Positions 63,549-64,000 of a DNA stretch of 64,000 nucleotides are shown piece after piece. Made by a program: the position numbers and the translations under genes. Every line of letters starts with the position of its first letter. Position 1 is the first letter of the stretch. The notes beneath the pieces are model-generated. The model did not search any database. It was not told where the DNA came from and was given only the letters and a program-made list of their open reading frames with translations. This DNA is from Rhizodiscina lignyota (Eukaryota): NCBI GenBank assembly GCA_010015805.1, contig ML978143.1:1-64000 (forward strand), written 5' to 3'.

Positions 63549-64000
63549 TTCGGTTTACGTAGTTGTTAAACGGAATACTTGAGAAGATTTTGAAAGAAGT
63601 ACTCAGCTGGATCAGTTGCATCTCTTATACTGCAATGAAGCCTACGCATACATCAAAGCGCACATGATACGAAATGCCGAGGCGTTGAAGTAATACAGAG
63701 TCAAGCTGGCAAACTCTTGGCTTTCGTATCTGGAATGTAGAAGTTTGTGGAACAATATGACGGCTCAACCACGGACGTAGCATGGGAATACAGAAGTTGG
63801 GCGAAGTATACACGCAAAATGACCAAGATTATGTTGAGGAAAGTGAGTCAAGAGTATCAATTGACTTTCAGCTTACTTTTTGATGTGATGCCTCTTGTAA
63901 AGCGTGAAATTTGCTAAGTATGCCATGATCTCTTGTGCTACCCCGGATAAGCCATCGTTCTCGCCATGACTCTTGGCAGCTGAAACGCAATTACGCCTTG

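Noticed and set aside
1..64000. tRNA, 5S rRNA, TPP riboswitch, Starship captain or transposase
   Set aside because: No T-loop/D-loop pairs, rRNA or riboswitch signatures, or recombinase/DDE/RT motifs recognised by eye. A covariance-model or HMM scan would be needed to exclude them fully.

Overview
Gene-dense genomic DNA of a filamentous ascomycete (Pezizomycotina, possibly Dothideomycetes), judged from short ~50-60 nt GT-AG introns with CTRAC/CTAAT branch points and typical fungal gene families. About 27 genes or gene remnants are supported. They include a GH35 beta-galactosidase, two Zn-type alcohol dehydrogenases, mitochondrial RRF, STN1, an aquaglyceroporin, a full-size PDR/ABCG transporter, MDP1, a P450 and an OSCA/CSC1 channel. 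The 31.5-52 kb interval looks accessory, with several decaying genes and several bacterial-type enzymes. Best leads: (1) a secreted PHP/CehA-McbA-like metallohydrolase that is intact except for one in-frame TAG at a probable Trp codon (recent nonsense allele or recoding/A-to-I correction); (2) an intron-containing IlvD/Edd enzyme closely resembling Caulobacter D-xylonate dehydratase XylD, with a Cys-rich N-terminal extension; (3) two AtrR-type CGG-N12-CCG elements upstream of the PDR pump; (4) a P450 with Gln in place of the heme-motif Arg. No tRNA, rRNA, CRISPR or intact transposon was recognised. All family assignments come from motif recognition by eye, without database searches.
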